Shown here piece by piece: positions 12,880-25,799 of a stretch of 64,000 bases of DNA. The position numbers and the translations under genes were made by a program. This stretch comes from Sphyrna mokarran. Lineage: Eukaryota. Below the pieces are notes generated by a model. It saw only the letters and a list, made by a program, of their open reading frames with translations, was not told the origin of the DNA and ran no database searches. The stretch spans positions 54,250,001-54,314,000 of the forward strand of contig JAGIQG010000004.1 of NCBI GenBank assembly GCA_024679065.1. The letters run 5' to 3'. Every line of letters starts with the position of its first letter. Within the stretch, counting starts at the first letter, position 1.

Positions 12880-14185
12880 CCATGTCAATAGAAGTGTGCT
12901 TGCACTATGAACAATTATGAGGCCAACTTGCTGTTGTGAGTTTGATGAAAAATTAATCTACAAATGCAACAGCTTCATCAAGGAAAAGGACTGAAACTGG
13001 GGATTAATTGGTGCAAAACCTCCATCACAGGATTCCTATCCCAAGTACATTTTGTTTAATGATTTTATTGCTGGGCCTAGTAATTTATTTCTGGTCACCA
13101 ACTTTAATATCAATTCTATATGGAAAGTGTAACTGACTCCGGGGGGTCTTCCAGTTCATGTTAAGTTTGCTGCTTTGAATACAATGATTAACCTCAAGTC
13201 CAAACTGCATTGCAGTTTTAACAATTTCATTCTTTAACGCATTGATATTCAAATACATTGTTCACACTTCAATGAAAAATCATATTTATTTAATGTTCTG
13301 TGTAATATTCTCATTTTTCAATGTATTAGGGCTTCGTAGTTGTTCTTAAATCCTTAGTTTCAATTTTGTTTATAACTGAACATTATTGACATCTCTAACA
13401 CAACATTATATTCATGTAGGTCCAAGTTCCCTGAAAATCTTCAAACTGACATCAATCAGCCTCAGCCAATAATCAATCCATAAACAAAATCCATTGGCAT
13501 TTTATAGAACCTGCCCTAACTTGATTGGTGCCCAATTAAACTCCAAACCATCGTATAAAGACAAAAAGTGTATTTTTGTTAAAGATGAAACTACTTCTTG
13601 TTCATTTATAGTTTTTGCTTTTTCTGCTTTATTTTGTAGAGAAAAGCATCATTATTTTTGAAGTTTTAATTGAAATTTGTGCACTTCATTGTATTTTGCC
13701 CTGTTTATTTTGAGTTCCAAGTTATTATTGGTTGTAGCTGTAAAAACCTAGTTTTATGGATAATTAACTGCTGGATTTTCCTGCTTTGACTTGTGTGGTA
13801 GAACCATGAAATATATCTTGCTTTGGTCTTTGGAACACTATTTTTCTAGGCAGCTCCAGTGTCCTATACTTTTGACATGGTTTATGATCAGTTCTCAACA
13901 TTGAATCTTGGCTATTGGTTCACATGCTAACTCTTTCCTGCTTACACTGAACAGGAATGATTTCTATGCTTCATACCATCTCATTAAAGCATGCAAATTA
14001 TCTGTCTGTTGCTTACATACTGCTGGTTTATGGGCCTGTCCAATTTGCTCCCATATCTGCTGAGTTCATTTTAATTTATATGGGAGCAATTTTAACCTGC
14101 AGAGAATTGAAATGTTCAGAATTAGTGAGCACTACAGTAAATGTCAAATTGTAAGAACTCATAAGGCTTTAGGCAGATCTTCAAT
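12880..14185. repeat. Diverged segmental duplicate, copy 1 (copy 2 at ~25800-27080)
   Basis: Colinear matches such as tgctggtttatgggcctgtccaatttgctcccatatctgctg (14021) versus tgctggtttgtggatctgtccaatttgccccaatatctgctg (26920). Confidence 0.8.
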
Positions 14186-15399
14186 TCCAGTTGATATGTA
14201 TTCATAAAACCATGGGTGGAAATTGTTAAAGATAAAAAGTAAAAGAAAACACATGTACTGTGAGTGCCACTAGCAAGATAACATGTCTGGTTGCCCTTGA
14301 GAACTGCTGCAATCCATTTGGTTTAGTTGCACCCACAGTGCTGTTAGGAAGATTTTAATCCAGCTGAAGTAAGGGACTGGTGATTTAGTTCCAGATCAGG
14401 ATGCCATATGTCTTGGAAGGAGACCTGCAACTGGCAACGTTAACGTGAGAGCAACCTTATCAAAAAAAGTTTTAGTGCCAAATGATCAAGAAAATGGGAG
14501 ACTTTCAGATCCATTTTTTGGGTGAGTTTAAAAATGCAACCTTACATCACTTTGTGCAGAGAAAATGCACAATCTGTTTCTTGCCAGTAGGGGCGGGGGT
14601 GGATTCTAGACTCACATGAATGTTATCTGCTTCCACCAGAAGGTGCAATTATGCATGAACAGACCTCTCCGTTCTGTGGGAGAGAGATCTGTCAAGCAAT
14701 CCCCCTCCAGATATTGCTGGCCTCTCTGGCCAATCAGCAACACCCATTGCGCAAATGATGCTGACCAAAATACCACCACCTACACTTCCTGCCAAACTGA
14801 TTGCCTCCTGAGATCTCGGCCCTGGTCTGGCTGAACGCCGTTGCAGAGTGAATAGCTTCCTTCCCCGCCTCTTGCTCTTTCAGAATGCACAGCTTCCCTG
14901 CCCAGAAAAACTCCATTGCAGAGTGCACAATTTCCCTCCCCCAACTCCCCATCATGGCCCTCTTCCTTCTCTATTCCCCACCCTCTCAGGGCCCGCCTCC
15001 TTGGCATTGACCCCCTCTCCACTGGGCCACCCAGCGGGCCTCAATAGCTTTTGGTCCTACCAGTGAGGCTGTCATGTCAAGTCCTTGTTGATGCTATTTA
15101 AAATAGATTTAAGTATTGATATTAGTCTAATGCCCCTTTAAGGTGCAAGACTGATCATGCTGGGCATCTGGGCTTGGTAAAATCACGTGTGGCGAGAAAT
15201 CGAGAGTGAATCCAATCTTTTATCTCTTGCACAATCTTACCAGTTCATCCTACTGCGTACTTAACATGACAAGAAGGTAAGAATGTTCCCCATGCATTTG
15301 CTATCCTTATTTGTCTAGTGATTAAAATTTGTTGAAGGTAGTCTTGCTGCATCTGGTATACGATACACACTGATGACACTGTACATTGGTAGTGGAGAG

Positions 15400-16290
15400 A
15401 ATGAAATTGAAAATAGCGGTAGATAGAGAATTGATGAAGTGTGATGTTTTGTCCTGGATTGTGTGGACCCACTTGTTGAAGTAACATTCATCAAGGTTAG
15501 TCCATCTCATTCCTGAGTTGTGATTCAATGATGGCAGGAAGGCTTTGAGGAGCCTGAAAGTGAGTGCTTATTGCAAAATTCCTAGTTTCTACCCTGTTCT
15601 TGTAAGCACATTTTCATATGGCTTGTCCAATTAAGTTTCCAGTCAATGATAACCACTAGGTAATGTTTCTAAATGTCAAGGGAAGGTTGTGATATCCCTT
15701 GCTTGATGTGTTCAATTTCTGGCACTTCTGTGATATGAATGTTACTTGCCCACATATCAACACAAATCTGAATATTTTCCAGGTCTTGCTGCATATGGAC
15801 AGACAACCTCTCCAGATGTGGGGGGAGACTCGAGTGAGCCCAGAAAATACTGTTCTGGGTTTGGTAATTATTCTGAAATTGAAACTTCAACATGGTAATC
15901 AGTCTTGCACCAATTTCCAGCGTATGGCTGATTACTTTCAAAAATATTGCCTTGGAGACTTGTGATCAGCCAGACACCAGTCAAAAGTCCCACTATAGGC
16001 TTCCCACTGATGTCTCCCTGCCTGCGCTACTCATACAGTGCAACAGACTGGGATATTTGCCCCTGTGATGAGTTAGACAATAGGGCTGCTGGAATCATCA
16101 TGTACACAGCAATTCAAGGAGAATATGCACTGTAATCTTCTTGATGACAAATATAACTTTGCCCACTCAATCCACATACTAAAAAGAATGTCTTGCTCTA
16201 CTCTGTACACTCAGAGATTTAGAACTCTGACTCTTTTTGATGTTGTCCATCTTGTGGTGCTGCACTTCATTTTGCCAGCACAATGTGGTA
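15400..16290 (-). mobile_element. Non-LTR retrotransposon fragment (CR1/L2 group, clade not assigned); related pieces at ~21560-21925 (-) and ~61180-61800 (+)
   Basis: QQDLENIQ...W motif here, and AQVRNVMEFFPLAWM in the 21.8 kb copy. Confidence 0.6.
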
Positions 16291-16299
16291 GAACATAAA

Positions 16300-17830
16300 T
16301 CGGGATTCTCCTGCCCCACTGTGTCTGGACCACCATGAATCTCCCATGCCCTTTTTTGGTATAATCTCCTCCATGATGGAAGTATATGTGGGGCTGGTGA
16401 GCATATTGATTTCAATTTCAGTATGATTAGCAGGCCTAGGATGGTTGACTCAGGGTGTACTAGAGTCTTCCCTGTGTCGGGAGAGTTTCCCACCAGTGGG
16501 GTTTATAAGTGCTTCCCACCAATGGGAAAAAGGCATGCTCACGCTGCTGGTGAGGATGAAGCCATAGAGGGCCCCCCTGGGAGGTCAGGGGAGGGGATGC
16601 CCCTTAGGCATTGCTGGCTTGGCCATTGGGCACGATGCAGTGCCAAGGAGGTGGGGCCAGAGGGGGAGGGACACACTGGAAAGGCAGAAGATGCTGGTGG
16701 GGTGAGTGATGGTGGTGGTTGGGAACACACTGCCACTCTGAAATGGTATTAATGGGGGAGGGATAAGGCAGCGATCGGAGCTGGCCTTGGGGGCCGGACT
16801 GGTAGGCTAGCAGTCGTGTGGGGGGACCGGGAAGGCCTACGATTGGGAGAGGCCAATGTCCATGCACTAATCTCCCCTCTGGCAGATTGGTGCATATGCA
16901 GTATCCGCTGAGCGCTTTGCTGGCACACTCTAGAATAGGCCCCGACCCCTAGTTACAATCATGAATTTCCCTACGGCAGTCTATGGAGAACAGGGGCTGA
17001 GATTTTACCAGTTTGCTCTGCACATTAATGCTTGGGACATTGGCAATTCCCATTGGGCACCAAGGGGGCGGAACTATGGTGAGCGGGACATGAAGAAGTG
17101 GGACCTTTGTGATAGATCCTGAATTGATTGGCCCTATGCTGGGCAGGGACTGCGGAATAGGGCATTTGGTGGTAATATCTGAAGGGGATGGGGCCTGAAG
17201 GCCCTTGGGGGCGGGGCTTGAAGTAGACGGTGCCAGTAGGGTGGGGCCTGGAGGGGTGGAGTCAGATTGGGGGCATATCACAGAGAGAGTGGGACTTGCT
17301 GTGTACTGTAAAGCTATGATGGTGAAGCCCACTGCTGTACTGAAGCTGTGATCTGTGGGGGTGAGAAGGAGGGCCGCTGCCCAGTCTGCATGCGATTGGC
17401 AGTGGGGGACAGGGGCTGCACTGGCAATCTTTTGTGATTGTTGAGGGGGAAGGAATGGGAGGGCCGCTGCCATTCTGCATGCGACCAGTGGGAGTGGAAT
17501 TGGTCTAGGCACGAGATGGGGGCCATATTTTCAGACAATGTGGGACTTGTGGTTGTCCATGGGCCCCTGTGGTTGTAATGGGGGGTGTGGCAGATGGTGC
17601 TGCATTGATGCCTGGCGGTTCTCTGTGGCTGTCAGGCCTCTGCTGTTGGAATTGCCTATATGTAGACACAGAGATATGTGCATGTGCAATAGCTCCCTCT
17701 GCTTCCTGATTAGGCTGGTTGGCAAATATATTCCTGCCCAGAGACTGTAGTAGCTAGAAACAGTCTGGCCCATTTTATCATACATATTGTGCAAACGTTG
17801 GGAATAAAAACTCGCCGCCAAAAAGGATTT
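16300..17830. mobile_element. GC-rich non-autonomous DNA-transposon-like sequence (Harbinger-like ends); similar blocks at ~14590-15250 and ~63415-64000
   Basis: G/C-run-rich noncoding blocks beginning with gggattctcc, gagattttacc or gtgattcttcc, resembling the end of the 7153 element. Confidence 0.4.
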
Positions 17831-19271
17831 GCAACTCTTCTATTTACATGCTAGCTGGATAGGGTTAGGTTGGAATTTTACTGTCCCACTTGCCACGGGA
17901 ATCAGAAATGAATATTGCAGGGGTGACTCATTGGTGTCAGATAACTTCGGCAACCCAAAAGGAATGCATAAATGGCTGCTTACACTTATCTTCCAGTTGC
18001 CACTTGCTGCTCCATAACTAGGCCATAACTTTATAGAGAAACACTTAGTCTATTGGTATTAGTAATCTTAACTTTCTGCAGCCTAAATCTTACTGGATTC
18101 AGCCATCTGACACATATTACAATGTCACAGTAAAAACTGCACAACCCTGAATCACAGGCAGATGGACATCAGCCAGAATACCTGTGCTATCTCATTTTTC
18201 CTGTTGGATCTCCAGGATTTGTCTCTGTCTGAGCTTTGTTCCCTTGGGAGTGACAAGGAATCAATTTCTTCTACATTACAGTGGAACTGCCTGTACTATT
18301 CTCTCCAGCTCATTCCAGCTCATCTAGTGCAGATGTGATACAAACACATGGACCACATATTTATTTTTTCAAGTTAATTTTGAATACCACATTACATTAA
18401 ATGTAATTGAAAATAATTTATTGAATCAGCCTCTTGTCTATACTTCTGTAGCACTTGGGATGAATGAGAACAAAGTTATGGAGAAAAACAGGATTAGGCT
18501 ATTGAGTCGGATGATCAGCCATGATAGTAATGAATGGCTGAGCAGACTTGAAGGGCCAAATGCTTCCTCTTGCTCCCATCTTCTACGTTTCTGTGTCTTC
18601 TAGTGATCTTTCCTCCCTAACAGTATGTGTCCCTATGCAGATTAGCTTGTCTGACTCTCTAATGGAATGGGCTACTTTAAAGAATAATTTTGGAAGCAGC
18701 TTCAGTGCATTTTATGGAGTTTCGGGCACAGAGGCTTTCCTCATCCGTCTCCATCCTGTGAGCGAAAAGATGGTGATTCAAATAGTATTTACAGCGAATG
18801 ATTGCTGTCACCTCAGATAGTCACTCGGTGACAATGGACTTTGAAAAGCAACTGTTAAATTTGTTACACAATGGAAATTAATACTCATTTTTTAAAAGTT
18901 GAACTGATTGACAGTTTCTTGAAGTTCTCGTGACTCCTCGTGAAATTGTATGATACAAACCATGCACGCTGCATTTTAAGAACGATCACAAGTTGAAGTT
19001 ACAAAATGTCGATGCCACTTAGTTGCTAATATCGTAAGAAGATCGTCCTGCACATTTGAAATCTGGAAGATTTTCAACTGGTCGACAATTTCAATCTGGT
19101 TTTGGAAATCTTGCCCGGTCACGGAAAGCACCCAATTTTGGATTTGTTCTATAATATTCCAGCGAGCAATTCTGCCAGTTGTGATGTTTGAGATAGTTAG
19201 CCTGGCTGCAATCAATGTAAACAGCAATGGATGCATTTTAAGATTTATAATCGAACAGTCTGATCCTGCAC

Positions 19272-20832
19272 TCATAAATATCTTACACCTGCAAACAGTA
19301 TTTAGATTCTCAACTTCTTTCTTTGTCACATTCACTTCAGCATACAATGGGCGTTTGTTTTGTTTAAGTTTTGATGGGTCCTTGGAATCAGCAAGCTGCA
19401 AAGTGGCATATATCAGCTTCTTATCTCCACCTCTTTGTTTAGCCCGTTAAAGTAATATTTAATATCATTGTAAATCCATCGTCCAATCATTATTGAGACA
19501 ATTGACATTTTAACGAAAGACTTATGGAATTTCCTTCCATTAGTTCCAATTTCAGATTGTAATCGGATTTTGGTTTGGCTTCCTTTCCCTTTTCTGCAGC
19601 CCTCCCCCAAATCTTGTTGAAATTCCATTTGAACTTTCATGTAAAATTAATTCTTCTGTTAATATAGCTCATTGAAGAAAACAGATTAATTATTTGACTA
19701 AAATAAAAAAAAGTAATTCCATGCTGCTCTTTAAGGCAGTTGGGAAAGCTGATAGGACACAAGATTAATTTAAGGCCCAATTGTCTGAACATCGATAGTC
19801 GCAGTGCCCTGCTTATCTCACGGAGGAAGGCTCTGGGTCACATTTTTCATTCGCCTTACCGCCATTCCCACTAATCTCGTGATCTCTGGGACTTGAGGCA
19901 AAAATGACGAACTTGTTTGAAATCAGCCGACAGAGCACAGTTGGTAGATTAAACAAGAACCTTCCTATTTCCTGCATCTCAGTGTGGTATTACATAATAT
20001 TGATGCCATTACAGTAAATGACCTAAGATGTACCTGGGAATATACGATGCTCTCCTCCCTTTGTCTGGGGTTTGCCTTTTTCCTGGTGTCAATTTTGACT
20101 GTGGCAGAGCCAGGCTGTTGTCTTGTTTTGTCTGTAAAATAGATATTTTACGCATGTCATTGAAGAATTTCTTGTTTCGTAGTTGGGACAAGCATTATTC
20201 CAGGCAGACCCGAAAAAGAAACGTGGATAATATTGACTCTGATTTTTGTGTAAAACCGATTACGAGCCCGCAGCCTGATTAACATCTCTCCCGATTGCTA
20301 TTTCCAACCAAGTCAGTAAGAGAAATGTCAATTAATAAGGATTTGTTGAAATCTGTCCCATAAAGACAAAACCAATCCCCTCAGATTCTGAACAATTAAT
20401 CAATATGTTGTAATGTATAGTCATATCGTAGAATCCATACAGTGCCATTCGACCTATAGAGTCTGCAACCATCACAATCCCACCCAGGTTCTATCCCCTT
20501 AAATCCACCTAATCCCCGCTAATCCGCTGAAATTAAGAGGTAATTCACTTCACTGCATATCTCTGGAATGTAGGAGGAAAGCTGAGTACCCGGTGGAAAC
20601 CTAAACCAACGTGGGGAGAATATGAATGTACAAACTCCACATAAATAGTTACCCGACTGAACCCGGGTACCTGGCGCTGACCACCTAGTTGACTATCTTT
20701 CACCTCAATCCGTCAGTCCTGCCTGAGAATAGATGGTGTGCTCTTTCTTGTGTTTTGGTTTGGAGGGGCCTTTTTCTTCTCGCAGGCTTGAGTAGCGTAG
20801 GCGTCAATGTTCTCATCTGGCCTTTGTCTAAC
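19272..20832 (-). pseudogene. Three tandem homologous cytoplasmic exons with ITIM/ITSM-like Tyr motifs, all disrupted
   Basis: Exon 20832-20723 (110 nt; AYAT, TIYSQ; GC donor). Exon 20131-20034 (98 nt; LA-ATV, IVYSQ). Exon 19443-19272 (LIYATL, PLYAEV, TV-AGV; acceptor GG instead of AG). Confidence 0.72.
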
Positions 20833-21360
20833 CTGTAAAAATAAGACCCAAATTGAAAGTGGCGACTCTGCCTCTATAGCCAGCTACTGTCAATTCTAAT
20901 TAATTCTGTCAATGTAAATATGCAGACAGTAAACGATAAAACTAATTTGCAAGTGCACTCTCTTCCTTCTCGACTATAGTATTCAATATCGAACAATAGG
21001 GTGGAGAGTATTTGTTTAATCAGTTCAAGGGACGTTGGCTTCGCTGGCTACGCTAACGTATATTGACAGTCGATAATTGCACTTAAACCGCCCCAGTCGG
21101 TGTTGGGTACGTGCGTTTCCGGTATTTTTAGGGAAGTCCTCCCACGATTCTGACTCAGCAACAGTGAAGGAACTGCGATATTTTTCCAAGCCAGGATTTT
21201 CAATGGTTTAGAGGGGAACTTCAACGTAGTGTTCCTATATATCTGGCAGCTTTGAGATAGGGCGAGTTGGTGCTGCTGGAGAGAGAGATCAGTCGGAAAG
21301 AAAAGCAGAACTTCTTCAGATAGGCATTCCTGGAAGATAAATGGCAGTGAAGTAAACATT

Positions 21361-21565
21361 AAGATAAAAACAAAATATTGCAATGCTGGAATCTGAAACG
21401 AAATCAGAAAACACAGGAAAATCTCAGTAGGCCTGACAGCATCTGAGGAGAGAGAATAGAATATTAGCTCTATTCTGTTTCCACTGATGCTGTCAGACCT
21501 GCCGAGATTTCCAGCATTTTCTGTTTTTGTCTCAGATTCCAGCATCTACAGTATTTTACTTTTAG
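21361..21565. repeat. ~200-bp hairpin (foldback) element; relatives at ~3200-3300, 36500-36590, 38245-38450, 39955-40090
   Basis: aaaatattgcaatgctggaatctga...gacagcatc pairs with gatgctgtc...tcagattccagcatctacagtatttt. Confidence 0.8.
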
Positions 21566-21929
21566 CTTTTGGGCCGTATGTTCGCTGCCCTTGTCCTTTT
21601 AGATGACAGTGGTCGTGAGTTTGGAAGGTGCTGTCCATGAAGCCTTAATGCGTTTCTGCAATGTATCTTGCAGATGGTATACACTGCTGCCACTGTATGT
21701 CGGTGGTAGAGGAAATTTTCTTTCTGGTTGGGTTGCCAATCAGACGCCCGCTTTGTCCTGGATGGTGTCGAGCTTCTTGAGTGTTGTGGAACTGCTGTCA
21801 TCCAGGCAAGTGGAAAGAATTCCATCACATTCCTCACTTGTGCCTGCTTTGGGGAGTCAGGAGGTGAGATACTCGCTGCTAGATTCTTAGCCTCTGACCT
21901 GCCCTTGTAGCTACAATCTTTATGTAAGA

Positions 21930-22400
21930 ACATAATAAACATAAGAGTACAACTAGGAACAGGAATAGGCAAGTTAACACCTCTGCCATTCAGTACGATC
22001 ACAGCTGATTTCATGTCAGCTTCATCTGCACCTTCCTAACCATTCCCCATAACTATTCATCAGAGGGAGCAAACCATGGGACACACTACTAGTTACATCT
22101 TGCTGAATAGAAAAAGACCCATTGTTCCCACTTTCTGTTTTCTGTTGGCTAGTGAATCCTCTATCCAAACTAACATATTACCCCTAACCCCATTTTACCG
22201 TCGGTATTAATCCTTTGTGTGGCACCTTATCAAATGCATTCTGAAAGTCCAGATATTCTGTACCTATAGAATCTGCTGTAACAATCTCATCTTTGAAGAG
22301 TTAGTTAAACATGATTTACTCTTCTTAAAAACATGCTGACTCTGATGGTTTGCGTTTTGATTTTCCAAATGTCCCTTTATTACTTCCTTAATGAATAACA
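21930..22400 (-). mobile_element. CR1 fragment
   Basis: SQHVFKKSKSCLTN motif plus a CR1 3' end. Confidence 0.7.
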
Positions 22401-23412
22401 TGCTCTTTTGGTGACCCAACCCAGGTCCCTGCTGCTGTGAGGCAGCCATACTAAGCACTGTCATCATACCTTATGAAAGAGAGCCTGATGTCAGCAGAGG
22501 GGAAAAATTCGAGTCCGATTGTTCAGGTTAAAGTAACAATACTTGGAAAAACGTGGCAGAATTAGACAGTGTGCATTTAAGAGGGAAAGGATGCTTGACA
22601 AATCAACTGGGATTCTTCGATCATGTAACTAGTAGAGTTGATGATAGGGAGCCAATGGATGTGGTTTATTTCCATTTTCAGAATGCTTATGATAGTTAAA
22701 TACATGGGATTGCAGTTAAGTGCGTTGAGATGGATAGGAAATTCATTGGCAGACGTAGAAATAGATCTCTTTCTAAATGACAGGCAGAGACTCGTGTGGT
22801 ACCACAGGGATCAATGCAAGGACCTAAGTAGTCACAATTATATATTAATGAACTTAGATGGAGCCAAGTACAATATATCCACATTTACAGATGAGATGAA
22901 GCTGGATGGGAGGATGAGCTGAGGGATGTAGAATACTTCATCATTATTACTTGGATAAGCTGAATGAGGTGGGCAAATATACAGCAGATGCAGTATAATG
23001 TGAATAAATATGAGGTTATCCCCTTTGGTAGCAAAAACGGGAAGGCAGGTTATTATCTGGCTGTAAGTTGAGAAGAAGGAATGTGCAATGAGATCGGGGT
23101 GTCCTCCTAACACCTGTCACTGAAAGAAAGGAAATGGTATGCTGGCCTTAGTGAGAGGATTTGAGTAGAGGAGCTGGAATTAGTTGGCAGTTATAACCTT
23201 AGTATGCTCCAATGATCCCATTCTTATTGCTGACTCTGAAGAGAAACTGAAAGATTTTGGATTGAGTTCAGTGAAAGTGAGAAGGACTGAGCATAAATTG
23301 TAAAAATGTTTAGCAGTGTCCAAAAAGAAAATCAGTGCAACCAAGAAATAAGACAAAGAATGCAGTGGTTAAAGATGCATTTCAAAACTCCAAATTCTGT
23401 GAAAACTGTACC

Positions 23413-23897
23413 CAGGCATTGGAGAGGGTACAGAGGAGGTTTACCAGGATGTTGCCTGGTATGGAGGGCAGGTCTTATGAAGAGAGGCTGAGGGATTTGA
23501 GGTTGTTTTCGTTAGAAAGGAGGCGGCTAAGAGGGGACCTTATCGAAACATATAAGATGATTAGAGGTTTAGATAGGGTGGACAGTGATAGCCTTTTTCC
23601 TAGGATGGAGAAAGCTAGCACGAGGGGACACAGCTTTAAATTAAGGGGTGATAGTTATAGGACGGATATCAGAGGTAGGTTCTTTACCCAAAGGGTGGTT
23701 CGGAAGTGGAATGCCCTGCCTGCAGCAGTTGTAGATGCGCCAAGTTTGGTGGCGTTTAAGAGGTTAGTTGCTAAGTATATGGAAGAGAAGGGAACGGTTT
23801 AGTTTGGAGGGTCATTGCTTTTTATATTGGTCGGTGCAACATTGAAGGCCGAAGGGCCTGTTCTGTGCTGTAATGTTCTATGTTCTATGTTCTATGT
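23413..23897 (+). mobile_element. Young CR1 3' fragment closely related to the 56.5-57.0 kb element
   Basis: ALERVQRRFTRMLPGM...RGDLIETYK with a (TTCTATG)n tail. Flanked by older CR1 pieces at ~22550-23170 and ~23940-24410. Confidence 0.92.
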
Positions 23898-25799
23898 AAC
23901 AAAGCTGAGAATTCTGGAATACTATATCATAATTGTCATAAGGAGTGCTACAATTATACAAGGCCTTGGTGAGGTCACACCTGGAATATGGTGTGCAGTT
24001 TTGATCTCCTAGTGTGAGGAAGGACATTCTTGCTGTACAGGAAATGCAGCAAACGTTTACCAGGCTGATTCCTGGGATAGTGGGACTGATGTCTGAGGAG
24101 CAGTTGAGGTGGGTAGGATTATATTTGCTAGAGATCAGAAGAATGAGGGGGCAATCTCGTAAATGTATAAAATTCTTGCAGGACCTGATGTTGGGGGGAG
24201 TCTAGAATCAGGGATCATAGTCCACAGATATGGGGTAAATCTTTTTTAAGACTGAAATGAGAAGTAATTTCTTCACGCAGAGAGGGGGGCTTGTGGCATT
24301 TAATTTCAGAAAGCATTTGAGGCCAAAACATTTTGTTCTCAAGAAGTTAGATTAATTCTTGGGCAAAGGGAGATCAAAGAGTCTGGGGAAAGGGTGGGAT
24401 TGAGTTGGATGATATGGCACAATGGTCAGCACTGCTGCTTCAGTGCTAGGTACAGGTTTCGATTCTGGTGAGTTCTATCTGTGGAGTTTGCACAATCTCT
24501 CCACATCTGTGGGTTTCCTCCAGATGCTGCAATAAGCGAAGGTGGATTAGCAATTGTAAAGGCTCAGTTATGAAAATCGGCCTGAAAAAGATGCTCTTTT
24601 CAAATGTCCTCCTGCACTGTAAGTGTTCTATGATCTGCCCATGATACTGAATGGTGTGTTCTGAGCTTGCTGTTTTCCTGCCAAGTTTAGGCTACTCTGT
24701 TCACTAGCTAAACAATGAGGATAGCTATTTTAATAGATGCCAGTTCTGTATTTGTGAGATAGCTTTGTTTCTGCTGGTGTCTAATGATCTGTGTTTGATT
24801 ACAGCCCTGTTTGCAGTGCCAAAGAATTACAATCTGGTTGCTGCACTCTTATTTGAGCTTTACGCAATGCTCCAGATTATAGACCCATGATCTCCAGTCT
24901 TCCTCAGCTTTTGAGCAGGTAATAAAGGAATATAATTCTTGCACACTACTTTATTCAGATTTATAGATTGTTTAAAACTTAGAGGGAAAGCTCAAGAGGG
25001 GAATCAGCACTAATTTGTTCTATTATTTTTGCATTGGCTTTTTATGGTAGTTGCCTTAACTGCAGACAATAAATGTACCAATTTTGAATCTGATCTACAC
25101 TGATGCATTTGGATCCTTGCATCTTAAAAGTAAGACGGAGAGAGCAGGTCCAACTGGGAATCTATGTAGAATATTGTGACAACACGTAGTATGTTTTTTT
25201 TTGTTAACCTGATTGCCTTATTTACTATCTAATGTGTATTTGAGCAAATTAAACTCTTCTTTCTTTTCCCTACTTACATTAGGGAAATGAGTAGGCCATT
25301 TAACCCTGTAAACCTATTCCATGATTCAGAGATGTGATGGCAGACCTACGACCGAACTCCAAATACAAGGCATTCTCTCTCATGCCCCATGCTATTTCTT
25401 TAAATTTCTATAAAAGGCCTTGTTCTTGAAATAGTGTGAAACTGAAGAGACATTCTGATTTAGAAACCCTTTTTTAAATCATCCAGAATCTTCCTGTAGA
25501 AACCCTGCCTTAGCAAATTCAGCCCATTGTGTCTTGTATGTATGGTTAATTGGATCTTCAGTGAAAATTTTTGCTTTGTAAATTGCTGCAGCTGCCAGTA
25601 GTTAATAGAACGAGGGGATTTTTGAAACTCTCAAACAACAAGGTGAAGTGCATCTTATGAGAGATAAAGATTGAGAAATAGGGTGGTTTGTGTCCAATCT
25701 GAACAGGATACAAAGATTAGATTGGTGAGGAAAAATCCATTAAAGGGGTACTTGTGTGATCAAAAATTATTAAGTTTAATTTTGCGGTCAGTTAATGAA

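Noticed and set aside
16423-17821. Pro/Gly-rich ORFs of up to 187 aa
   Set aside because: They are products of GC-rich low-complexity repeat sequence, with no domain motifs or exon structure.
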